64,000 nucleotides of DNA, from positions 3,072,001 to 3,136,000 of the forward strand of contig OY761614.1 in assembly GCA_963664825.1 (NCBI GenBank). Reading direction: 5' to 3'. This DNA comes from an uncultured Holophaga sp. (GTDB lineage: Bacteria; Acidobacteriota; Holophagae; Holophagales; Holophagaceae). Shown in pieces: positions 38,341-46,136 of the stretch; the stretch's first letter is position 1, and every line of letters begins with the position of its first letter. The notes below the pieces were generated by a model. That model did no database searches and was not told the DNA's origin. It was given only the letters and a program-made list of their open reading frames with translations. Position numbers and translations under genes: made by a program.

Positions 38341-38520
38341 ATCCTTCAACTCCTTCTCCACGAGGGTCCTTGAGGGATGATCACCTGGAGGACCTGGGAG
38401 CACGATGTCCTTTTGTGGAATGGCCGCTCCTGCCCAAGGCTAAAAGAGGAAAGGGGTTTTCACGCCTGCGCGGGACCCTTCAGGGGCTTGATATCCACGG
38501 ATATTCACAATCTTGAAAGT

Positions 38521-38562
38521 AAAAAACAATCACGGAAACCCGAGGACGCCTTGCCCGGATTG
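38521..38562 (-). terminator. putative intrinsic terminator/attenuator upstream of the carboxylase
   Basis: Minus strand CAATC-CGGG..TCCG-T-GATTG-TTTTTT. Confidence 0.55.
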
Positions 38563-38610
38563 CCTTAAGTTAAGCTCTCCAAGCTTCGCCGCCCGCAGAT
38601 GTCCAGCGCG

Positions 38611-38702
38611 GTCAGGTATTGGCTATTCTTCAGACTCACGAGCCTTCCGGGGTGAGCCGGATTCCCTTTTCAGTCCTGAGAAGAATCAGGACGCTGACAA
38701 TC
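38611..38702 (-). ncRNA. riboswitch-like structured RNA (cobalamin-riboswitch-like variant?)
   Basis: P1 GTCAG/CTGAC, P2 GTCCTGA/TCAGGAC, AAAAGGGAA, TCCGG/CCGGA, AGCCAATACCTG; upstream TTGACA at 38736-38731. Confidence 0.5.
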
Positions 38703-38862
38703 AATCAGTTTTGAACAATGCCCTGCTTGCTGTCAAGCCAGGGCCTCCCTGGCGGGGCATTCCTTCGCTGAGGTTGGCCTGGGCCTTGGTCTTTGTCTGC
38801 TTGGGCCCCTCGGGCAGCCGTTGCCAGCTTGGGGCTGCTTCCCCCTGTAAGGGCCTCGCATT

Positions 38863-38875
38863 GTGTGGTATAAAT
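38863..38875 (+). promoter_or_regulatory. extended -10 promoter element for the M16 pair
   Basis: GTGTGGTATAAAT about 50 bp upstream of ATG 38923. Confidence 0.5.
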
Positions 38876-38922
38876 TCAGGTTTCTTTCGGGCAGATCGAA
38901 TGCTTTTCTCATAGGAACCTCC

Positions 38923-40254
38923 ATGAACAGATCCCGCACCCTGGCCAGGGTCGTGCTGTTGGCCGCGCCCCTGCTGGCCCAGACGCTCTCGGCCCAGGCC
39001 TTTCCGGTGAAGACCCAAACCCTGAAAAACGGGATGAAGATCCTCGTGCAGGAGGACCATGGCATCCCCAACGTGGCCCTCTACACCTTCTACCGCATCG
39101 GTTCGCGCAACGAGCGGCCCGGGACCACGGGCATCTCCCACTTCTTCGAACACATGATGTTCAACGGCGCGAAGAAATTCGGCCCGGGCCAGTTCGATCG
39201 CGTGATGGAGGGCTTCGGCGGCAATAACAACGCCTACACCTCCCAGAACGTCACGGTCTACCAGGACTGGTTCCCCTCAGGGACTGCCAATCTGGAGAAG
39301 ATCTTCGATATGGAGGCCGATCGCATCCGGGATCTGGCCTTCGATCCCAAGATGATCGAATCCGAACGCGGCGTGGTCGCCAGCGAACGGCGCATGAGCG
39401 TGGAGAATTCCAATGACGGGATCCTGGATGAGCAGCTCCACGCCACCGCCTTCACCGCCCATCCCTACATGTGGCCGGTGCTGGGCTGGATGAGCGATAT
39501 CCAGGGCTGGAAGCTGGAGGATCTCAAGAACCACTGGCGCATGGGCTATGCCCCCAATAACGCCACCCTGATCGTGGTGGGGGACGTGCAGGCCGAGGAG
39601 GTCTTCCGTCTGGCCCAGAAGCACATCGAGCCGATTCCGGCCCGGGAGCTGCCCCCCCAGGTCCTCACCCAGGAGCCCGAGCAGAAGGGGGAACGGCGCC
39701 TCATCGTGCATAAGGCCGCCCAATTGCCCCTGCTGCTGGCCGCCTACCATGTGCCCCAGACCCGCCATCCGGACACCTACGCCCTGCAGATCCTCACCCA
39801 TATCCTGAGCGGGGGCGAGAGCGCCCGCCTCCAGCGCCGCCTCGTGGACCGGGACCAGTTGGCCATCGAGATCAGCGGCGGCGGCAACATGGACTTCGAT
39901 CCGGGCCTGTTCATCTTCAGCGTCCAGCCCCGGGCGGGCATTGCCCCCACCGCCTGCGAGAAGGCCCTGTACGAGGAACTGGCCCGCCTGGCGGCTGAGC
40001 CGGTCACCCCCTCCGAACTCGCCAAGGCCAAGAACATGGCGCTCATGGGCCTCTTCCAGGAGCTGAAGACCATCAATGGCCGGGGGAACGCCCTGGGCAC
40101 CTTTGAGCTCTTCTTCGGCGATTACGCCCAGCTGTTCCAGGCTCAGGAATCCATGGACAGGGTCAGCGCCGCCGATATCCAGCGGGTGGCCCGCAGGTAT
40201 TTCAGCGCCGATAACCGCACCGTGGCCACGCTGATGCCCGAGGAGACGAAATGA
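38923..40254 (+). CDS. M16B zinc peptidase, catalytic subunit
   Basis: Signal peptide; HFFEH inverted zincin motif, NAYT, downstream Glu (SERR). Confidence 0.93.
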   Translation: MNRSRTLARVVLLAAPLLAQTLSAQAFPVKTQTLKNGMKILVQEDHGIPNVALYTFYRIGSRNERPGTTGISHFFEHMMFNGAKKFGPGQFDRVMEGFGGNNNAYTSQNVTVYQDWFPSGTANLEKIFDMEADRIRDLAFDPKMIESERGVVASERRMSVENSNDGILDEQLHATAFTAHPYMWPVLGWMSDIQGWKLEDLKNHWRMGYAPNNATLIVVGDVQAEEVFRLAQKHIEPIPARELPPQVLTQEPEQKGERRLIVHKAAQLPLLLAAYHVPQTRHPDTYALQILTHILSGGESARLQRRLVDRDQLAIEISGGGNMDFDPGLFIFSVQPRAGIAPTACEKALYEELARLAAEPVTPSELAKAKNMALMGLFQELKTINGRGNALGTFELFFGDYAQLFQAQESMDRVSAADIQRVARRYFSADNRTVATLMPEETK

Positions 40255-41654
40255 TGAGCCATCTGCGCACCTTGGCGAGGGTCTGCCTCCTGGGCGTTCT
40301 ATTCCAGGGCCTCCAGGCTGGGGAGCCCGGCGTGAGGCTACCGGCCTATACGAAGACCGTCCTGAATAACGGGATGACCGTGCTCTTCATGGAACAGCCC
40401 CAGGTGCCCCTCGTGGCCCTGCATCTGGCGCTGCGTTCGGGCTCCACCCAGGATCCGGAAGGCAAGGCAGGCCTCGCCTCCCTTACCGCCGAGCTCCTGC
40501 GCAAGGGCACCCGGACCCGCAGCGCCGACCAGATCTCCGAAGCCCTGGATGCCGTGGGGGCCAATAGTGGCGCCCGAGCCAGCCTGGACTTCAGCACCTG
40601 CAGGGCCGAATTCATGAAGAAGGATATCCAGGGCGGCCTGGAGCTATTCGCCGATATGGTCATGAACCCCGTCTTCCCCGATGCCGAGGTGCAGAAGCTG
40701 CGCGCCCAGCATATCGATGAAGCGCGCGCCGCCAAGGACGACGCCCAGGAGGTCATCGGCGACTACTTCAGCGGTTTTCTCTTCGGAACCCATCCCTATG
40801 GCCGGTCTTCGAAGGGGGACGAACGCTCCCTTGGGGGCCTCACCCGCCAGGATGTGGTGGCCTTCCATGCCGCCCACTACACCCCTGCCAACGCCATCCT
40901 GGTGGTGGTGGGCGATTTCAAGACCTCCGAGATGGAAAAACGGGTGACCGAATGCTTCGGCGCCTGGAAGGCTCTCGCTAGTCCCGTGCGGAGGGAGCTG
41001 CCCCAACCTAGCCCTGTGCAGGGGCGCAGGCTCCTCCTGGTGGACAAGCCCGATGCCACCCAGACCTATTTCATGGTCGGCAGCGTGGGCCTGGCCCGGG
41101 ATAACCCCGATGCCGTGCCGGTCCAGGTGGTCAACGTGCTCTTCGGCGAGCGCTTCACCTCCATGATCAATACCGCGCTGCGCATCAAGTCCGGCCTCAC
41201 CTATGGGGCTTCCTCCCGCTTCAGCCTGCATCAGGTGCCTGGACGCTTCGCCATCAGCAGCTTCACGGCCAACGCCACCACGGGAAAGGCCCTGGATCTG
41301 GCCCTGGCCACGCTGAAGGAACTCCACGAAAAGGGCATCACGGAGGCCGATCTCGCCTCGGCCAAGGCCTACATCAAGGGCACCCTACCGCCCAAGCTGC
41401 TGGAGACGGGGGAGCAACTGGCCAATCTGCTCGCCGAACTCCAGCTCTACCGGCGGCCCGATCGTGACGTGAACGCCTTCTTCGCCAAGGTGGACGCCAT
41501 GACATTGGCCGATGCCAAACGAATCATCGAGGCCTATTACCCCGAGAAGGAGCTCTGTTTCGTCCTCATCGGCAAGGCCAGCGAGATCCGGCCCCAGGTG
41601 GAGAAATTCGCAACCCAGATCACCCTTCGGAGTATTTCCGAACCGGGATTCTAA
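40251..41654 (+). CDS. M16B peptidase, non-catalytic partner subunit
   Basis: M16 fold without HxxEH; LRIKSGLTYG R/Y motif; ATGA overlap. Confidence 0.9.
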   Translation: MMSHLRTLARVCLLGVLFQGLQAGEPGVRLPAYTKTVLNNGMTVLFMEQPQVPLVALHLALRSGSTQDPEGKAGLASLTAELLRKGTRTRSADQISEALDAVGANSGARASLDFSTCRAEFMKKDIQGGLELFADMVMNPVFPDAEVQKLRAQHIDEARAAKDDAQEVIGDYFSGFLFGTHPYGRSSKGDERSLGGLTRQDVVAFHAAHYTPANAILVVVGDFKTSEMEKRVTECFGAWKALASPVRRELPQPSPVQGRRLLLVDKPDATQTYFMVGSVGLARDNPDAVPVQVVNVLFGERFTSMINTALRIKSGLTYGASSRFSLHQVPGRFAISSFTANATTGKALDLALATLKELHEKGITEADLASAKAYIKGTLPPKLLETGEQLANLLAELQLYRRPDRDVNAFFAKVDAMTLADAKRIIEAYYPEKELCFVLIGKASEIRPQVEKFATQITLRSISEPGF

Positions 41655-41694
41655 GACCCCGGGGGGGCCTCCGCGCCTTGAAACCAATGTGGGT

Positions 41695-41766
41695 CCCATT
41701 CCGGGCACCGAAGCCATCCTCCTTTGCGACACGGTGTTGCTCTCCATCGGCCTCATCCCTGGGAAC
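41695..41766 (+). pseudogene. relic of an NAD(P)/FAD-dependent oxidoreductase
   Basis: Translates PIPGTEAILLCDTVLLSIGLIPGN, no start codon, in an intergenic gap. Confidence 0.5.
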
Positions 41767-41855
41767 GGACCTCCTGCAAGATTCCCATCGTGGCCAGCGG
41801 GAACGTGGCACGGGAAGATGTCTTTCCTGAAGCCTCAAGCCGCCCCTGAGGCGCC

Positions 41856-42830
41856 TCACATGCCCAGGGGCATGCCCAGGGCGTCGGCCACCTGGGGCCA
41901 GGCGTTTTCGGGGATGCGGAAGGTCATGGGCTGCACGCCAGGGTGTTCGCGCCAGGGCTCCTGCAGGTTGCCCCAGACCCGGGGTGACAGAAAGAGTGTC
42001 GGAGCGCCCTTCTGCGGGGTTCCCTGGCTAAGGGCGGCTGCGAGGGCCCTTTCGGGCTCGTCGGTGATGAGCGTCCTCACCTTCACGCCCGGCACTAGGC
42101 GGGCGGCATCCTCGGCGATATGAGTGGCCATTTGGCTCTCCCGCTCCAACAGCAGCATCTCCCCCTGGCCGGAGGAGAGGGCCTCCAGGATGCTGGGGGA
42201 GATTTCGATGGGGATGGCCTCGACCCTGAGGCGTTTGGGTTCGGCGAGGCCCCGCAATTCTTCGATGTGGAAGGCCGTCGTGAGTAGAACCCGCACATGC
42301 CCTGGGACCCGGGCCCGGCGTCCCCCGATCTGCCCGGTGCTCAGGGCCAGGACCGGCACCTCGAAGTGTTGTGAGACCTCCCGGGCATGAAGGCTGGCCT
42401 GGTATTCCGTGCATTCGGCAAAGGCGAATTCGGGTGCCTCTCGGCTTCGGATCTCCTCGATCTGGGCCAGGTAGCGAAGCACGCCCAGGGTGGAGAGTTC
42501 CAGATCTTCGTCGATGAGTTCGACCACCTTCCGGTGGAGATGCTCCAGTTCGTGGCGATGCCGGGCCAGGTGTGATAGGCCATCCCGGCCCACAACGAAG
42601 GTGCCGGACTTGGGGCGCGACTCCACCAGTCCCATCTCCTCCAGCCTGCGATAGGCCTTCTGGACGGTCAGGTGATTGACCCCCCACAGTTCTTCGGCGG
42701 CCCGGATGGACGGCAGGCGCTCTCCCGCCTTCCATTTGCCTGTGGCGATGAGATACACGCAGTGGCGGGAGATCGCGCCGGCCTTGCCTTCGGGATCACT
42801 AAGGGAGGTGGAACGGGAGATCTTTAGCAT
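41856..42830 (-). CDS. GntR-family regulator (long, PlmA-like C-domain)
   Basis: wHTH LPSIR..VNHLTVQKAYRRLEEMGLV..GTFV. Confidence 0.88.
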   Translation of the reverse strand: MLKISRSTSLSDPEGKAGAISRHCVYLIATGKWKAGERLPSIRAAEELWGVNHLTVQKAYRRLEEMGLVESRPKSGTFVVGRDGLSHLARHRHELEHLHRKVVELIDEDLELSTLGVLRYLAQIEEIRSREAPEFAFAECTEYQASLHAREVSQHFEVPVLALSTGQIGGRRARVPGHVRVLLTTAFHIEELRGLAEPKRLRVEAIPIEISPSILEALSSGQGEMLLLERESQMATHIAEDAARLVPGVKVRTLITDEPERALAAALSQGTPQKGAPTLFLSPRVWGNLQEPWREHPGVQPMTFRIPENAWPQVADALGMPLGM

Positions 42831-42932
42831 TCGTGCTCCGGTTCAAACTAAACTAAAAAACAGCACAGATAGTATTGCTCACTGTAGCATGGTTGGAACC
42901 CCAGAGGGTTCTCGGCCGCTCCGGAGGAAACG

Positions 42933-45167
42933 ATGCACCTTGGATTTGTTCCCTATGCCCTGGTTGTCATGGCCACCCTGCCCATTCCGGCTCAGTCCCT
43001 TCAGGACGCCAGGGGGGCCCTGGCGGTCCACGATCTTCAGAAGGGAGGGGCCATTCTGCAGCAGCTCGTGGCGGGTTCCCCGCGACCCGAGGATCGGGCC
43101 GAAGCGCAGCGTCTGTTGGCTCGCCTGGATTGGTGGTTCTACGCCCGGCCTGAGGCCGCCCGAGAACGCCTCCTGAAGGCCATCGACGGGGGCGTGGAGG
43201 TCCCTGGGCTCCTGTGTGAGCTGGGCACCCTGGAAAACCATCTCGGACGCGGTCCTGAGGCCCAGGCAACTGCCCGAAGAGCCATCCAGGCTTCAACCAG
43301 AGCCCCTGATCGTGGAAAGGCTCAGCTCGTCTGGGTCGAAGGGGTGGTTTCGGAAGCCCAGGGCGCCCTCCTAAGAGGCCAGCCCGTGGCTGATGCCAAG
43401 GGCCTGCAGGAGGTGGTGGCCCTGTTGCGGGAGCGGATGGTCGAGGAACCGGGGGTGTTGAAGATTGCCCGCCCCCTATTCGCAGCGGCCCTGATGCTGG
43501 GGGATGGCCCCACGGCCTGGCAGGCATGGCAGGCCTATTTCCACGCCGTGCCCGGCGCGCCGGTTCCAAACCTGGTCCAAAAGCCCATGGCCGTGCTCCG
43601 GGGAATCCTGCCCACCTGGAAGGGCGGCCCGCTCCCCAGCGACCAGGCTGCAGCCCTGGTCCAGGCGCTCAGTGATTCTCGTTTCTTCCTGGAAGCGGCT
43701 GTCTTACTGGGAGATCCCGCCCGGCCCCAGGCTCTGCGCCATTCCTTTGCCCCGCTCCTGGCCTACCAGGATTTCCTCCACAGGGTGGGGACCATGGCCG
43801 ATGACTACTACCGGAAAACAGCCTTGGGGAAGGGTTCCAAGGAGGATTTCCTCCGTGGCTGGGTGGAGGAGTTGCGCGCTCATTGGGGCGCTCTTGGGCT
43901 GCCCGGGACCCCTGAAGGCAAGGGCCTTGCGGAGCTGGGAACCCTTGCGTATCCGACCCTGGAGGCCCGGTACGGAACCCTGATCAATCTCGGCAATACT
44001 TCCGGCTACTTCGATCTGCATCTGGGCCATCGCATCACAGACGAGCGGCAGACGATCAATCAGTACGGAAAGACCGCCCAGGTCCGCTACCAGGTGCTCG
44101 ACACCATGATCTCCAACGGCTTCCAGTCCTGGGCCTGGTGCTATGAAATGCAGCACGGGGGCTGGAGCAGTGGGAATACCATCACCAGCGTGCGCGGGGA
44201 TGTGGCCGGTGGCAGCCTCGCGCTGCTGCGCAAGGCGGTCGATCCCGCGGAACGCAAGACTTGGGATGCGGAGATCGCCCGGGAGAGCCTGGCCGACGAA
44301 CAGCGGGCCGCCCAGAATCCCTGCGCCTTCCTGCCGGGGCTGGCGGGTCGCCTCGAGCGCAGTGTCCTGGTGGAAATGCTGGCCGAACTCGACCGGAAGG
44401 GCATTCAGGAGCCCGGAGCGCGCCGCTTGGCCTTCCTGGCCGAGAGGGAACGGGAGCTGGAAGCTAGCACGATCTTCTCCCACGAGGGGCGCCACGCCAT
44501 CGATAAGGCCATGGGCATCCAGGATGGAGCCACCCTGGAATTCCGAGCCAAGCTCTCCGAAATCGCCTTCTCCCGGCATCCCAAGCTGATGTTCGGCCAG
44601 GTTCACAATTCGCTGTTGGGGGATTCCACCCCCCATGGCCAGGGCAATCTGAGGATCGTGAAGGGCGTCCTGGCCTGGATGGAGGCCCACAGGGCCGAGC
44701 TCCAGGGCTTCGACCCCCGGCGTCCTACCCTTCCCCAGCTGGATTTGCTCACCGATGAACAACTGCGCAGGGCCGTCTGCGCCATGGACACGCTGCCGAC
44801 GGAAAGGATGAAGCCACCCATCGGCCCCTTCCTGGATTCCCTCCTGGAGAAGGAGGGAATCCAGGCAGCCCTCACGACCTATCGGCGCCTGAGGCAGGAA
44901 CAGCCGGAGACCTACACCTGGAGCGCCGGCCAGCTCAACGAGCTGGGCTACAACCTGATGGAGCGCAACCGCCTGGACGATGCCCTGGAGATCTTCAAGC
45001 TATGCACCGAGGCCTATCCCACCAACGTCAACGCCCACGATTCCCTGGGCGAAGCCTATGGGATCAAGGGGGACAAGGCCAGGGCCATCGCCGCCTATGA
45101 AAGGGCTCTGCAACTCGATCCCACCTGGGCCTCCGCCATCAAGGCGCTGGAGACGCTCCGAAAATGA
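42933..45167 (+). CDS. exported TPR protein with HExxH motif
   Basis: Signal-like N-terminus, helical repeats, SHEGRH..LEFRA, C-terminal TPRs (LNELGY..NAHDSLGEAY). Confidence 0.75.
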   Translation: MHLGFVPYALVVMATLPIPAQSLQDARGALAVHDLQKGGAILQQLVAGSPRPEDRAEAQRLLARLDWWFYARPEAARERLLKAIDGGVEVPGLLCELGTLENHLGRGPEAQATARRAIQASTRAPDRGKAQLVWVEGVVSEAQGALLRGQPVADAKGLQEVVALLRERMVEEPGVLKIARPLFAAALMLGDGPTAWQAWQAYFHAVPGAPVPNLVQKPMAVLRGILPTWKGGPLPSDQAAALVQALSDSRFFLEAAVLLGDPARPQALRHSFAPLLAYQDFLHRVGTMADDYYRKTALGKGSKEDFLRGWVEELRAHWGALGLPGTPEGKGLAELGTLAYPTLEARYGTLINLGNTSGYFDLHLGHRITDERQTINQYGKTAQVRYQVLDTMISNGFQSWAWCYEMQHGGWSSGNTITSVRGDVAGGSLALLRKAVDPAERKTWDAEIARESLADEQRAAQNPCAFLPGLAGRLERSVLVEMLAELDRKGIQEPGARRLAFLAERERELEASTIFSHEGRHAIDKAMGIQDGATLEFRAKLSEIAFSRHPKLMFGQVHNSLLGDSTPHGQGNLRIVKGVLAWMEAHRAELQGFDPRRPTLPQLDLLTDEQLRRAVCAMDTLPTERMKPPIGPFLDSLLEKEGIQAALTTYRRLRQEQPETYTWSAGQLNELGYNLMERNRLDDALEIFKLCTEAYPTNVNAHDSLGEAYGIKGDKARAIAAYERALQLDPTWASAIKALETLRK

Positions 45168-45183
45168 CATGGTCTGGCAGGTC

Positions 45184-46050
45184 TCATAAGAACCGCAGGG
45201 CTCTCCCCTCGGGCGCGAAGCCATGGCGCACGGCCTTCTCGAAGAAGAGGGCTAGGCTCTTCTGCTCGGCCTCCCCCAGGTGGTAGCTGATATTTTCCGT
45301 GAGGTATTCCCGGAGTTCCAGCTTGGTCCAGCCGATGGTGTGCCAGGCTTCGTCGATGATGGCCGTGAGGTGCTCCTGGCCCATTTCCAGGCTCTTGTGG
45401 AAGAAGGGGGCCACGCCGCCGGGGAGGAGACCTGCGCCCATGCCCTGGGCGGGGCCAGTCGGGCACTCCGGGCGGAGATGCACCCTCAGCTCCGGCGCTT
45501 CTTCTCGCACCATCCAGAGGGCGAAGACGAAGGGCAGGCCCGTCCAGGCGTGCCATTCCTCCGCCAGGTCCAGGACGATGAGGCCCTCCTTCCGGGCCCT
45601 CATGGCGGGATCCCCGATCACCAGCGCCGCATCGCACTGCTCCAGCATGGCCGTCAGATCCGGGCCCATGGCGCGGGTCTCGGGGCAGGTGTCGTAGCGC
45701 TCCCGCAGCAGGATCTGACCCAGCACCACCGAACTGCGGCTCGAGGTGTCCAGGGCCAGGCTGCGGATCTTTTCGGGAGGCACCTTGGAGAGGATCATCA
45801 CGCTGCGGACCCGTTTGGGGGAGGCGATGCAGAGCCCGGGCACGATGCAGAGGCCCGGAATGCGCAGGAACTCGATGGAGCTGATGAGGCCCGCGTCCAC
45901 CTCGCCGGTCCTGAGCTGATCGGCGCAGGCCGAGGGCACCTGGAACTTCAGGTGGAAGTGTTCGAAACCCAGGCCCCGCTTGAATCCGTAGTTGAGAGGG
46001 GCCGAGTTGAGGTAGTCGATGATGGAGATGCGGAAGGGAAGGGCGGTCAT
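45184..46050 (-). CDS. mqnA: chorismate dehydratase (futalosine menaquinone pathway)
   Basis: IDYLNSAPL, VRSVMI, SRSSVVL, LVIGDPA, DLAEEW..TGLPFVFALW. Confidence 0.92.
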   Translation of the reverse strand: MTALPFRISIIDYLNSAPLNYGFKRGLGFEHFHLKFQVPSACADQLRTGEVDAGLISSIEFLRIPGLCIVPGLCIASPKRVRSVMILSKVPPEKIRSLALDTSSRSSVVLGQILLRERYDTCPETRAMGPDLTAMLEQCDAALVIGDPAMRARKEGLIVLDLAEEWHAWTGLPFVFALWMVREEAPELRVHLRPECPTGPAQGMGAGLLPGGVAPFFHKSLEMGQEHLTAIIDEAWHTIGWTKLELREYLTENISYHLGEAEQKSLALFFEKAVRHGFAPEGRALRFL

Positions 46051-46136
46051 GGAGAAAGTGTACTCCCGCCCGGGTTTCCCTTTTCCTCCTGAAGGGAATC
46101 CCCTTCCCGTGGGAAACTGGAGGGCTAGGAGTTTTC

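Noticed and set aside
38620..38672. Hammerhead ribozyme (CTGAAGA and GAAA present)
   Set aside because: Stems I-III and the NUH site cannot be arranged
38830..38880. SRP-like GGAAGCAGCC and 6S-like ATACCACA words on the minus strand
   Set aside because: Helix-8 is incomplete; ATACCACA is simply the complement of the M16 promoter's extended -10
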